Source: Bacteroidota bacterium
GTDB taxonomy: Bacteria > Bacteroidota > Bacteroidia > UBA7662 > JAYUJN01
Assembly (NCBI GenBank): GCA_043765195.1
Contig: JAYUJN010000054.1
Span: forward strand, 558 to 64,557
Length of the DNA stretch: 64,000 nt
Reading direction: 5' to 3'
Shown: positions 35,995 through 44,047 of the stretch, piece by piece
How positions within the stretch are numbered: position 1 is the stretch's first letter
Layout: the number at the start of each line of letters is the position of its first letter
The notes under the pieces: model-generated
What the model saw: only the letters and a program-made list of their open reading frames with translations
Told to the model about the DNA's origin: nothing
Databases searched by the model: none
Position numbers and translations under genes: made by a program

Positions 35995-38031
35995 TTACTT
36001 TATAATCGCAAATTTACCAGTTTGTACTTTGTTGGTGCGCATATCTTTTACAGAAAACAGGTACAAACCCTCGCTCAGGGCTTGTTTGCTGTCGGATAGC
36101 ACGTCCCAGGCGTGTTCGCCCTCGGCTAAAATGCTGTTGTTTGTGCCGTCGTAGCTGCTATACCAACCCGCCGTGCTGCCGTTGTAGGGCTGGTCGCTTT
36201 GGTGGTTGAGCGTGGCTACCACATCGCCAGCCACGGTATAAATGCGTATTTCGGCATTTTGCGGCAGGTTAAAAAACATTATTTTGCGGGTGCGGGAGGT
36301 CGTTCCGTCCCAAGCGGCGTTTATTTTGTATGGATTGGGGTACACGCCCACGGGTTTAGAAAAATCGGTGTTGGCGGGCGTGCCTGTGTACACCCTTTGG
36401 CTGTTTTGAATAAACGACGACTCGAGCGAGGGCAGTTGCAGGCGGGCATCGCCACCATCAAAAGAAGTAAGCACAAAAAGGTACTGCCATGCGTTGAGCA
36501 GGTCTTTTATTTCGTATTTGTAGTGGTAAGTTGTGGTATCGTTGGCGAAAGTAATGGGCGTATTGAGCTTTATTTCCTCAAAACCGTTGTTGTAGCCTAT
36601 GCCGTTTGCGGGCAAATCCCACTGACGAATTAGGTTTGTGTTGTTGCTTAGGTTGCGGGTTAGGTCGTCGCCTACCTTGCTTTTGTAGAGCCTGTATCCT
36701 TCAAAATCCTTTTGCTTGCTAATAGGGTCGATGCTCTGCTGGGCGGCGTTGTTCCAGTAAATGGTTACGGCGTTGGTTTCGGTTTGTATTTTGTATTTGG
36801 GTACGGCGGGCGGCTCGGGCAGTATGTACCTTTGCAGTTTGTTGTCGTTGTTTAGGTCTTCGTTGGGGTCTAAGGTGCCGTTTTCGTTCACATCTTCGCC
36901 CAAGTAAGTGCGCCTTGCCCAAGCCAAATTTTCTTTGAGTTTTGTTCGGGCGTAGGGCGTGTTTTGCGGGTTGTCGGGCAGTTGTTTGGCGCACACAATG
37001 GCAAAGGTGAGGTTTACTTTTTCGCCTGGTGCAATCTCTGCAAAAGGTCCAGCACTTATTAGCTGCACGCTGTTGGAGGGGCTGTTTAGCTGTGGCGAGC
37101 TAAAATCGGAGGTGCTGCGCATTCTGGCGTAGCGTTGTAGGTCGTTGGTGGGGGCTTGTTGGTTGTAAATCCAGTAATTTGGGTAGGTTTTAAAGTTTGT
37201 GGGTCGGTTTGGGTTGTTTGGGTGCATGTATTGCCCCCGCCAGTCGGCACCCAAATACTGTATTGCGCCGTAAGATTGGGTGTTGGAGTACAGGCTTGGG
37301 TTGTTGTTCAGCACTTCGTAGGCGTAAATGCTCGTGAGCGTATCTAAGTAGCCGCTGGTGCCGCCCGCAAAAAAAGTGCTCCCCGTGCCGCCCGCAAACG
37401 TTTGTACATTGCGCACCACCAAATCGCTCCAAATACCCAAATAAACGCTGTCCCAGTTTTCGGTGCTGTTGTTGGTTATTTCGTAGTCCAAAATCACAAA
37501 AAAATCGGCAAAAGAAAAATTCCAGGCGTGCGTTTGCAGTTTTACTTGGGCATTTAGCGGAATGGTGTGCTGGTCTATGGGTTGGTTTGTGCCTGGCACT
37601 ATCGTAAATTTGTCGGTAAAATTGAGTGTAAAATCTTGGTGGGCGATGGCAGAAGTGCTAAATTTTTCGCTGCTCGTGAGCGACGAACGCTCCGTGTTGG
37701 TAGCCGTGGGCGTAAACTCAAAGCCCGCCTTGCCCGTGGCATAGCCCGATGCGTCGTCCAGCGAGGCGGTGCTTACCGCCGTTTGCCCATTCACCAGCGC
37801 CCCAATCCACAGCCCAGCCTCAAACAAATGCTCCACGCCCGAGTTTATGGGGTACTCGGCACTCGGCGGCTCTACAATCACGCTCCTAATGTTGGGGTTG
37901 CCTATCGTGCCAGCGTTGGTTACCATCACCCCAATATTGCCTATATTTATGTTGCTTTCGGTGTATTGGGCGTGTAAGTGTGCGGTGCTAATGAAAAACA
38001 AAAACGCACCAAGAACAGATATTTTTTTCAT
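35995..38031 (-). CDS. Large secreted protein with a T9SS-type C-terminal sorting domain
   Basis: I moved the start to ATG 38031 (MKKISVLGAFLFFISTAHLHAQ). The C-terminus VGVYPNPY...IRIYTVAGDVV...GLYLFSV...GKFAIIK resembles a Por secretion tail. Confidence 0.6.
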   Translation of the reverse strand: MKKISVLGAFLFFISTAHLHAQYTESNINIGNIGVMVTNAGTIGNPNIRSVIVEPPSAEYPINSGVEHLFEAGLWIGALVNGQTAVSTASLDDASGYATGKAGFEFTPTATNTERSSLTSSEKFSTSAIAHQDFTLNFTDKFTIVPGTNQPIDQHTIPLNAQVKLQTHAWNFSFADFFVILDYEITNNSTENWDSVYLGIWSDLVVRNVQTFAGGTGSTFFAGGTSGYLDTLTSIYAYEVLNNNPSLYSNTQSYGAIQYLGADWRGQYMHPNNPNRPTNFKTYPNYWIYNQQAPTNDLQRYARMRSTSDFSSPQLNSPSNSVQLISAGPFAEIAPGEKVNLTFAIVCAKQLPDNPQNTPYARTKLKENLAWARRTYLGEDVNENGTLDPNEDLNNDNKLQRYILPEPPAVPKYKIQTETNAVTIYWNNAAQQSIDPISKQKDFEGYRLYKSKVGDDLTRNLSNNTNLIRQWDLPANGIGYNNGFEEIKLNTPITFANDTTTYHYKYEIKDLLNAWQYLFVLTSFDGGDARLQLPSLESSFIQNSQRVYTGTPANTDFSKPVGVYPNPYKINAAWDGTTSRTRKIMFFNLPQNAEIRIYTVAGDVVATLNHQSDQPYNGSTAGWYSSYDGTNNSILAEGEHAWDVLSDSKQALSEGLYLFSVKDMRTNKVQTGKFAIIK

Positions 38032-38240
38032 TTGTGGGTTTAATCCGTGGTTTTTTAGTGAAAATGAGCAGCTCGGAGCTACAAATTTTCTGTACAAAGA
38101 TAGCATTTAAAAATGTGGCTGCAAAATACCAAGGGTTAAAAAATTGTGGTATTTATGTTCATTTTCAATCCATCACTAAAAAAATGAAGGATTAAAATAA
38201 AAAAACCAACTAAAATGTTTTTATTGTAAAAATTGCGTAG

Positions 38241-38248
38241 TATTTTTG
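38241..38248 (+). promoter_or_regulatory. Candidate -7 promoter box for sdhC
   Basis: TATTTTTG ends 39 nt before ATG 38288. Confidence 0.4.
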
Positions 38249-38287
38249 TACAAATTACAACAAACTTCAACTAAAATTTAGCTAACA

Positions 38288-38980
38288 ATGGCAGCAGCAA
38301 GCGAAAGTTCTTATTTTTTTAAATCTACCATTGCCAAAAAAATAATGATGGCTCTCACAGGTTTATTCCTCATTTTGTTTTTAATGGGTCATTTGGCTGG
38401 CAACCTCCAACTCATTTTTGCGGGTCAGACCCAATTCAACGAATATGCGTATTTTATGACCCACAATCCGTTGGTAAAAATACTGAGCTACACCACTTAC
38501 ACCTGTATTATTTTACACGTGGTAGATGCCATTTTGATTACCCTGCACAACCGCTCTGCCCGCCCCGTGGGCTATGCCAAAAGCGTGGGCGGCAACGTAA
38601 ACAGCCAGTGGACTTCACGCAACATGGGCGTGCTGGGTACATTGGTTTTGGTTTTTTTGGTGATACACATGCAGCAGTTTTGGTACGTAATGCACTGGGG
38701 CGCAGTGCCTTACCAAACCCTGGAAACGGGCGAGCAGCTAAAAGATTTATACACCATGGTAAAGGAAGCCTTTGGGCAGCCGCTCTATGTGCTGATGTAC
38801 GTAGCCAGTATGTGCGCCGTGGGTTTTCACTTGTGGCACGGTTTCGCCAGTGCGTTCCAAACCCTCGGGCTGGGGCATAAATCTTATGCGGGCATGGTGC
38901 AGTTTGTGGGCAGGGCATTTTCGGTGGTGGTAGCAGGCTTGTTTGCGGCTATTCCGTTGTATATGTTTTTTGTGAAATAA
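38288..38980 (+). CDS. sdhC: Succinate dehydrogenase/fumarate reductase cytochrome b subunit (b558 family)
   Basis: 230 aa with 5 TM segments and conserved His in MGHLAGNLQ, ILHVVDA, VIHMQQFW and GFHLWHGF. Confidence 0.8.
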   Translation: MAAASESSYFFKSTIAKKIMMALTGLFLILFLMGHLAGNLQLIFAGQTQFNEYAYFMTHNPLVKILSYTTYTCIILHVVDAILITLHNRSARPVGYAKSVGGNVNSQWTSRNMGVLGTLVLVFLVIHMQQFWYVMHWGAVPYQTLETGEQLKDLYTMVKEAFGQPLYVLMYVASMCAVGFHLWHGFASAFQTLGLGHKSYAGMVQFVGRAFSVVVAGLFAAIPLYMFFVK

Positions 38981-38982
38981 CG

Positions 38983-39786
38983 ATGAAAAAGTATTCATTT
39001 TTACTCTTTTTATTGGTTTTGGGTTGTAAAACGCCCAAGGTAGCCATAGAACCGCAGCCCGCAGCCGAGCTATCCTCTTTGCCCAAACAGGCAACCTTGG
39101 CGGTGCTTTGGCAGCAGCACAGCGGCGAATACCAAGCCTTGTGCTACCAAGCCTACAATTTGGCGGCTTTGCGGCTAAAAGAATACACGGCAGCACCCAA
39201 ATCGGGCTTGCCGCCAGCCATTGTTACGGATATAGACGAAACGATTTTGGACAATTCGCCCAACCAAGCCCGAGACATACTGCAAAACCAACCCTACACC
39301 CAAGAGCGTTGGCTCGAGTGGGTGCAGCAATCCAAGGCGGGAGCGGTGCCAGGTTCGGTGGCTTTTTTTAAGCAGGCAGATGCCCAAGGCATAGATATTT
39401 TTTACATCAGCAACCGCTCAGAGATAGAACTCGGCAAAACCATCAGCAATATGCAAGCCTTGGGCTTTCCGCAGTTGAGCCGTGAGCATTTTCTATTAAA
39501 AACCCTCCTTTCCGACAAAGAAGAACGCCGCCAAAAAGTGGCAGAAACCCATAAAATAATCATGCTTTTGGGCGATAACTTAGGCGATTTTGAGCAGGCT
39601 TTTTACCGCAAACCAACCGACTTGCGCAACAAAGCAACCACCGATTTTGCGGCGCAGTTTGGTGCTAAGTTTATAGTGCTACCCAACCCCATGTACGGCG
39701 ATTGGGAGCCGGCTTTGTTTAACTACAAACGCCTGAACGAGCTACAAACAGATAGCGCACGCAGTGCGCAGCTAAAAGGTTTTTGA
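38983..39786 (+). CDS. 5'-nucleotidase, lipoprotein e(P4) / class C acid phosphatase family
   Basis: Lipobox LVLGC. HAD motif I VTDIDETILDNSP. The downstream GDNLGDF matches motif IV. Confidence 0.85.
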   Translation: MKKYSFLLFLLVLGCKTPKVAIEPQPAAELSSLPKQATLAVLWQQHSGEYQALCYQAYNLAALRLKEYTAAPKSGLPPAIVTDIDETILDNSPNQARDILQNQPYTQERWLEWVQQSKAGAVPGSVAFFKQADAQGIDIFYISNRSEIELGKTISNMQALGFPQLSREHFLLKTLLSDKEERRQKVAETHKIIMLLGDNLGDFEQAFYRKPTDLRNKATTDFAAQFGAKFIVLPNPMYGDWEPALFNYKRLNELQTDSARSAQLKGF

Positions 39787-39818
39787 GTGGAGTGGTGTGT
39801 TTTTCCTGAATTTAAACT

Positions 39819-40364
39819 ATGAGGAGAATAATCTTATTTGTTGTTTTTGTTGCTTGTTCACGTAATATTTATGCCCAAAACTTGGGTTGCGTTAGAGCGC
39901 AATATGCTACAAAAAATAATTTTGGCATATATTGTACCAATGAAATTAAAAAAAAATGTGAATGCCCGCCGCCGCCGCCATTACAAGGTAAAACAATCCG
40001 TTTATTTAAAATACCTTACAACATCAGGAGGGATTTATACCCATTTAATGTAATGGATTCAATCCTAATCAAAAAAGAGAATGAAATCATTACATATAAA
40101 TCAGAACATGATTTTAAAACAGTTTCAAACATTTTTTTTAATTACTACACGCTCAGATATTGGGCGCTTCCTGTGTCTATAACTTATAGTTGTGATGGTG
40201 AGGTTAAACCCGAAATAGATTATGAAGTGCTGATTTATATTAAAAATGGTATCAAAAAATACATACGATATTATTCGAATGGCGAAGAAAAAACTAATTT
40301 TGACGAAGTTACGACGAACTCATTGGATATAACCTTAGAAAAAATAAAAATGATTGTGGAGTAA
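39819..40364 (+). CDS. Hypothetical secreted protein (very AT-rich gene)
   Basis: Signal peptide MRRIILFVVFVACSRNIYAQ. Cys-rich N-terminus with CECPPPPP. No motif recognised. Confidence 0.45.
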   Translation: MRRIILFVVFVACSRNIYAQNLGCVRAQYATKNNFGIYCTNEIKKKCECPPPPPLQGKTIRLFKIPYNIRRDLYPFNVMDSILIKKENEIITYKSEHDFKTVSNIFFNYYTLRYWALPVSITYSCDGEVKPEIDYEVLIYIKNGIKKYIRYYSNGEEKTNFDEVTTNSLDITLEKIKMIVE

Positions 40365-40372
40365 TAAAGTTC

Positions 40373-40446
40373 ACCCAGCGCAGCCGAAACGCCCCTTCCT
40401 TCGGCTACGCTCAGGTAGCGGGTCGTTGAGCACAGCCGAAACGCCC
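40373..40446. repeat. Solo copy of repeat family 2
   Basis: CCCAGCGCAGCCGAAACGCCCCTTCCTTCGGCTACGCTCAGGTAGCGGGTCGTTGAGCACAGCCGAAACGCCC resembles 690-788 and 46003-46056. Confidence 0.8.
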
Positions 40447-40470
40447 AGTTACAAATTAAAAAAATAAAAA

Positions 40471-40478
40471 TATATTTG
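40471..40478 (+). promoter_or_regulatory. Candidate -7 promoter box for the Crp-family gene
   Basis: TATATTTG ends 28 nt before the TTG start at 40507. Confidence 0.4.
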
Positions 40479-40506
40479 AAACACAAACCTCACTATAAAC
40501 AGAACA

Positions 40507-41082
40507 TTGACCGATAATTTTAAAAAATTTATAACACAAATAACGCCAATTTCGGACACTGAATTTGAGCAAACCATTGTGTTTTTTAGGGAACAAAACC
40601 TACAAAAAGGCGATTTTTTTGTGAGGCAAGGTAAGGTGTGCAAGCAAATTGCTTTTATAAACAAAGGCAGTTTGCGCACTTTTTACATCAACGATAAAGC
40701 CGAACAAACGACCTCTTGCTTTTGTACCCAAAACAGCCTGACCACCTCCTACAAGAGTTTTATACTCCAACAACCCTCTGCGCTTTCTATTGAGGCACTG
40801 GAAGATACGCAACTTTTGGTAATTGACCACGAGCATTTACAAAAACTCTACGCCACAAGTATCGTGTGGCAAAACATTGGTAGGGCTGTGGCGGAAAAAG
40901 AATACATGGTTATGGAGCAGTACGCCTCGGTGCTGAACAACGAAACCGCCAAAGAAAAATATTTGCGCCTATTAAAGGAGCAGCCCAATGTTCTGCAAAA
41001 GGCAAATGTGGAGGATATTGCTTCTTATTTGGGCATTACACGCCGAACTTTATCGAGGATTAGGCAAGAAATAGCCAAATAA
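40507..41082 (+). CDS. Crp/Fnr family transcriptional regulator
   Basis: A cNMP-binding-like domain plus a C-terminal HTH (VEDIASYLGITRRTLSRIRQE). The apparent start is TTG, so the start is uncertain. Confidence 0.75.
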   Translation: MTDNFKKFITQITPISDTEFEQTIVFFREQNLQKGDFFVRQGKVCKQIAFINKGSLRTFYINDKAEQTTSCFCTQNSLTTSYKSFILQQPSALSIEALEDTQLLVIDHEHLQKLYATSIVWQNIGRAVAEKEYMVMEQYASVLNNETAKEKYLRLLKEQPNVLQKANVEDIASYLGITRRTLSRIRQEIAK

Positions 41083-41164
41083 ATTTGAGGACATTTGTCC
41101 TTTTAAAGCCATGAAAATTGCTTCAACTTTGCACCATTATTTAACAACTAAATTTTAATGCAAA

Positions 41165-42016
41165 ATGGACAACGAGCAAATTCAAAAAAATGTAAAAACT
41201 GGTTACGCCGACATTGTGAAGCGAAACACAAAAAAATCTTTTCTCGCCAATGTTTTTCAATGTTGCGACCCAAAGGTAATGGCGGCGGATATAGGTAAAA
41301 AAATTGGGTACAGCGAAGAAGAACTAAAAAATGTGCCAGAAGATGCCAATTTGGGCATCGGTTGCGGCAACCCAACGGCTTTGGCTTCTATCAAAAAAGG
41401 CGAAACGATTTTAGACCTTGGCTCGGGCGCAGGCTTTGATTGTTTTTTGGCATCGGGGCAAACGGGCGAAACAGGAAACGTAATAGGCGTGGACATTACG
41501 CCAGAAATGGTGTTGCAGGCGCAAAAAAATGCCGAAAAAGGCAACTATAAAAATGTGGTGTTCAAAATTGGTGAAATTGAAAACTTGCCAGTTCAAAGCG
41601 ATAGCATCGATTTGATTATTTCAAATTGCGTCATCAATTTATCCAACCAAAAAGAGCGGGTTTTTGAGGAGGCGTTTCGGGTGGCAAAGCCTGGTGGTAG
41701 AATAATGATTTCGGATATTATTTTGCTAAAAGACCTGCCCGACTACGTGAAAAATACGGTGGAGGGGCATATTGCTTGCTTGGCTGGCGCAGTTACAAAA
41801 GAGCATTATTTGGCTGCAATTACAAAAGCAGGTTTCACACATATTGGCATTGACAAACAAGCGCCTTTTCCCATAGAATTGATGCTGAACGACCCAATTG
41901 CGCAGAAAATTGTGCGGGAAAACAACCTGACCGAAACCGAAATTAGAGACATTGCCAATTCAATAGCCAGTATTTCGATACGTGCCCAAAAACCTGCGCA
42001 TGAAAACCAATTATAA
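41165..42016 (+). CDS. arsM: Arsenite S-adenosylmethionine methyltransferase
   Basis: N-terminal CC pair (VFQCCD), GIGCGNP, SAM motif ILDLGSGAGFDCF, VIGVDITPEM, and DLIISNCVINL with the third conserved Cys. Confidence 0.85.
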   Translation: MDNEQIQKNVKTGYADIVKRNTKKSFLANVFQCCDPKVMAADIGKKIGYSEEELKNVPEDANLGIGCGNPTALASIKKGETILDLGSGAGFDCFLASGQTGETGNVIGVDITPEMVLQAQKNAEKGNYKNVVFKIGEIENLPVQSDSIDLIISNCVINLSNQKERVFEEAFRVAKPGGRIMISDIILLKDLPDYVKNTVEGHIACLAGAVTKEHYLAAITKAGFTHIGIDKQAPFPIELMLNDPIAQKIVRENNLTETEIRDIANSIASISIRAQKPAHENQL

Positions 42017-42245
42017 AAAATCATTTTTGGGCGGCGTACTCGCATTTGTTTTAGGCACAAGTTGCTGCTGGCTAACATCGTTGGCGGTGTGGCTTGGTGG
42101 CGCTACTGCGCTGACTGTGCTTGCCCGTTTTTTTGGCGAGTACCGCACATTGTTTGTAATTTTGGGATTTTTTCTGCTGGCGTTGGGCATTTTTCAGTTT
42201 TGGATACATAGAAAAAAACGAAGCCCAAAACCACCAAGCGTTTAA
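42000..42245 (+). CDS. 81-aa two-TM protein with a vicinal Cys pair, MerF-like
   Basis: MKTNYKKSFLGGVLAFVLGTSCCWLTSLAVWLGG...LALGIFQFWIHRKKR. ATG 42000 overlaps the arsM 3' end by 17 nt. Confidence 0.5.
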   Translation: MKTNYKKSFLGGVLAFVLGTSCCWLTSLAVWLGGATALTVLARFFGEYRTLFVILGFFLLALGIFQFWIHRKKRSPKPPSV

Positions 42246-42384
42246 ACTGTTGCGGTTGTGGAACTTATTTTGTACATTTGTTTTTTAATCTTAGGCGTTG
42301 GTTGGCTACGGAGCTTTACCTTAGTTAGCCCAAACCTGTGCGTTGAGCCATACAATTTCAAACATTTTAAAACACATAATCCCC

Positions 42385-44022
42385 ATGAAAAACAAACACA
42401 TTTTTCGCTTCAATTCAAGCATTTTAAAAACTCGGGTAGCCTCAACCGTGGCATTACCCCAAAGCCTTGTGCGCAGAACAGCAAGCATTTTTAGCCTGCT
42501 AATTTGCGTAGGTACAGCAGCCTTTGGGCAGGTAGGCACATTTGATGCCACTTTTGGTAGCGCGGGTGCTTACACTTTTCCGATACCGCAGGGTGCAGAT
42601 TTTGTTTCGGGCAACAACCTGATAGTGCTACCCAACGACCAAATACTGGTTCAAACAGCAGAAATATACCAAACCTTTTCTGCCCAAGGGAAATTAAATA
42701 GATTAACTGGTGGCGGCACGCTCGATGGTTCTTTCGGTACAGGAGGTTCTACCTTGGTACAAGACTCTATTTTTAGTTCTTCAGTGGATTTTTTGGTGAT
42801 GCCCAATGGCAAAATCGCTTCTTTTTGGCATAAAAATGCACGGATTTCTTCTGTATTAGACAATAAACCCTATATTACAATGCACAATGCCAACGGAAGC
42901 ATTGCTACTAACTTTGGTGTAAATGGTCGGGTGTTATTGCCGCCCAGCCCAACTGGGGGAATAGTTGGTGGGAAAATGGTAACCGACGGGAGCAACCTTT
43001 ATGTATTATACGATTACAACAACACACAGACCATTAGGAGCTACACAAGTACGGGAGCGGTAAACAACGCATTCGGCAATTCGGGTGCGCTTGTGCTTTC
43101 AAACAGCGACGAGGCACAAATAGTTTATACGCCCACGGCGGGCGGGCGGTTGCTTTTTATAGTGCCAACTGCAAGCGGAATGCAAATAAAACGGTTGCTA
43201 CTTACTGGACTCACCGATTTTTCTTATGGTAGTGCGGGCATTGTAACCGTTCTCAAAACCAATTTTACTGCCGATTGTGGCGTATTTAGTGCCGAGCTAC
43301 AAAACGACGGAAAACTCATCGTACATGGATATGAGTTCGGAGCTACTCCAATTCTTATTCGGGTGGTGCGTATAGATGCAAATGGCGTAGTAGATGCGGC
43401 TTTTGGCAACAATGCCCAAATTCCGCAGAACGCCACCAATGGCTCATTTTTTATAGGCATTGACATTGTGCAGCAACCCGACGGTAAAATTTTATTGGCG
43501 GGTTATAACTTAGATACCGTTACAGTAAACAGCCAAAAGGCATTTTTTCGCCTGAATAGCGACGGTACATTTGACAGTGGTTTTGGCATAAATGGCTTGC
43601 TAAGTTTGGGGGCTTTTGGTACTGAAACCTTGGCTGAGGTAGCCCTGCAAAGCACGGGCAAAATTATTGGGCTTGTAGATGGCGGCAACAGCGGCACGGC
43701 GGCTTACGTAATTCGTTTGCTGAACAACCTTAATGTGGGCGTGTTGCAAAACAGCAAACTAACGGAGCTGGGTTTGTACCCAAATCCCATCGTGAGCCAG
43801 TTTGAACTTAGCTACGAGCTGGGCAGCAGCGCAGCCATTAGCATAAATTTGGTAGATGCGCAGGGGCGCATGGTACACAGTTTTCAAACCCAACAGAAAG
43901 AAGACGGCAAGCAAGTACATAGTTTTTCGTTGCCGTCCACGGTTGCGGCGGGCTTTTACACGGTCGTAATTCAGTCCGACAACGGCAGCAGTAATAATTT
44001 GCAGATTTTGGTGAAAAAATAA
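42385..44022 (+). CDS. Delta-60-repeat (beta-propeller-like) secreted protein with a T9SS C-terminal sorting domain, copy 1
   Basis: Reiterated D.sFG.nG motifs about every 55-60 aa. C-terminus LYPNPIVSQFELSY...GFYTVVIQSDNG...LQILVKK. I moved the start to ATG 42385. Confidence 0.8.
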   Translation: MKNKHIFRFNSSILKTRVASTVALPQSLVRRTASIFSLLICVGTAAFGQVGTFDATFGSAGAYTFPIPQGADFVSGNNLIVLPNDQILVQTAEIYQTFSAQGKLNRLTGGGTLDGSFGTGGSTLVQDSIFSSSVDFLVMPNGKIASFWHKNARISSVLDNKPYITMHNANGSIATNFGVNGRVLLPPSPTGGIVGGKMVTDGSNLYVLYDYNNTQTIRSYTSTGAVNNAFGNSGALVLSNSDEAQIVYTPTAGGRLLFIVPTASGMQIKRLLLTGLTDFSYGSAGIVTVLKTNFTADCGVFSAELQNDGKLIVHGYEFGATPILIRVVRIDANGVVDAAFGNNAQIPQNATNGSFFIGIDIVQQPDGKILLAGYNLDTVTVNSQKAFFRLNSDGTFDSGFGINGLLSLGAFGTETLAEVALQSTGKIIGLVDGGNSGTAAYVIRLLNNLNVGVLQNSKLTELGLYPNPIVSQFELSYELGSSAAISINLVDAQGRMVHSFQTQQKEDGKQVHSFSLPSTVAAGFYTVVIQSDNGSSNNLQILVKK

Positions 44023-44047
44023 AAAACATTTAAAACACATAAACCCC

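Noticed and set aside
31084-42016. Possible arsenosugar or arsenic cluster linking the DUF2064/TIGR04282-like gene (31084) with arsM (41165).
   Set aside because: The genes are 10 kb apart on opposite strands and separated by unrelated housekeeping genes. No radical-SAM arsS-like gene was seen.
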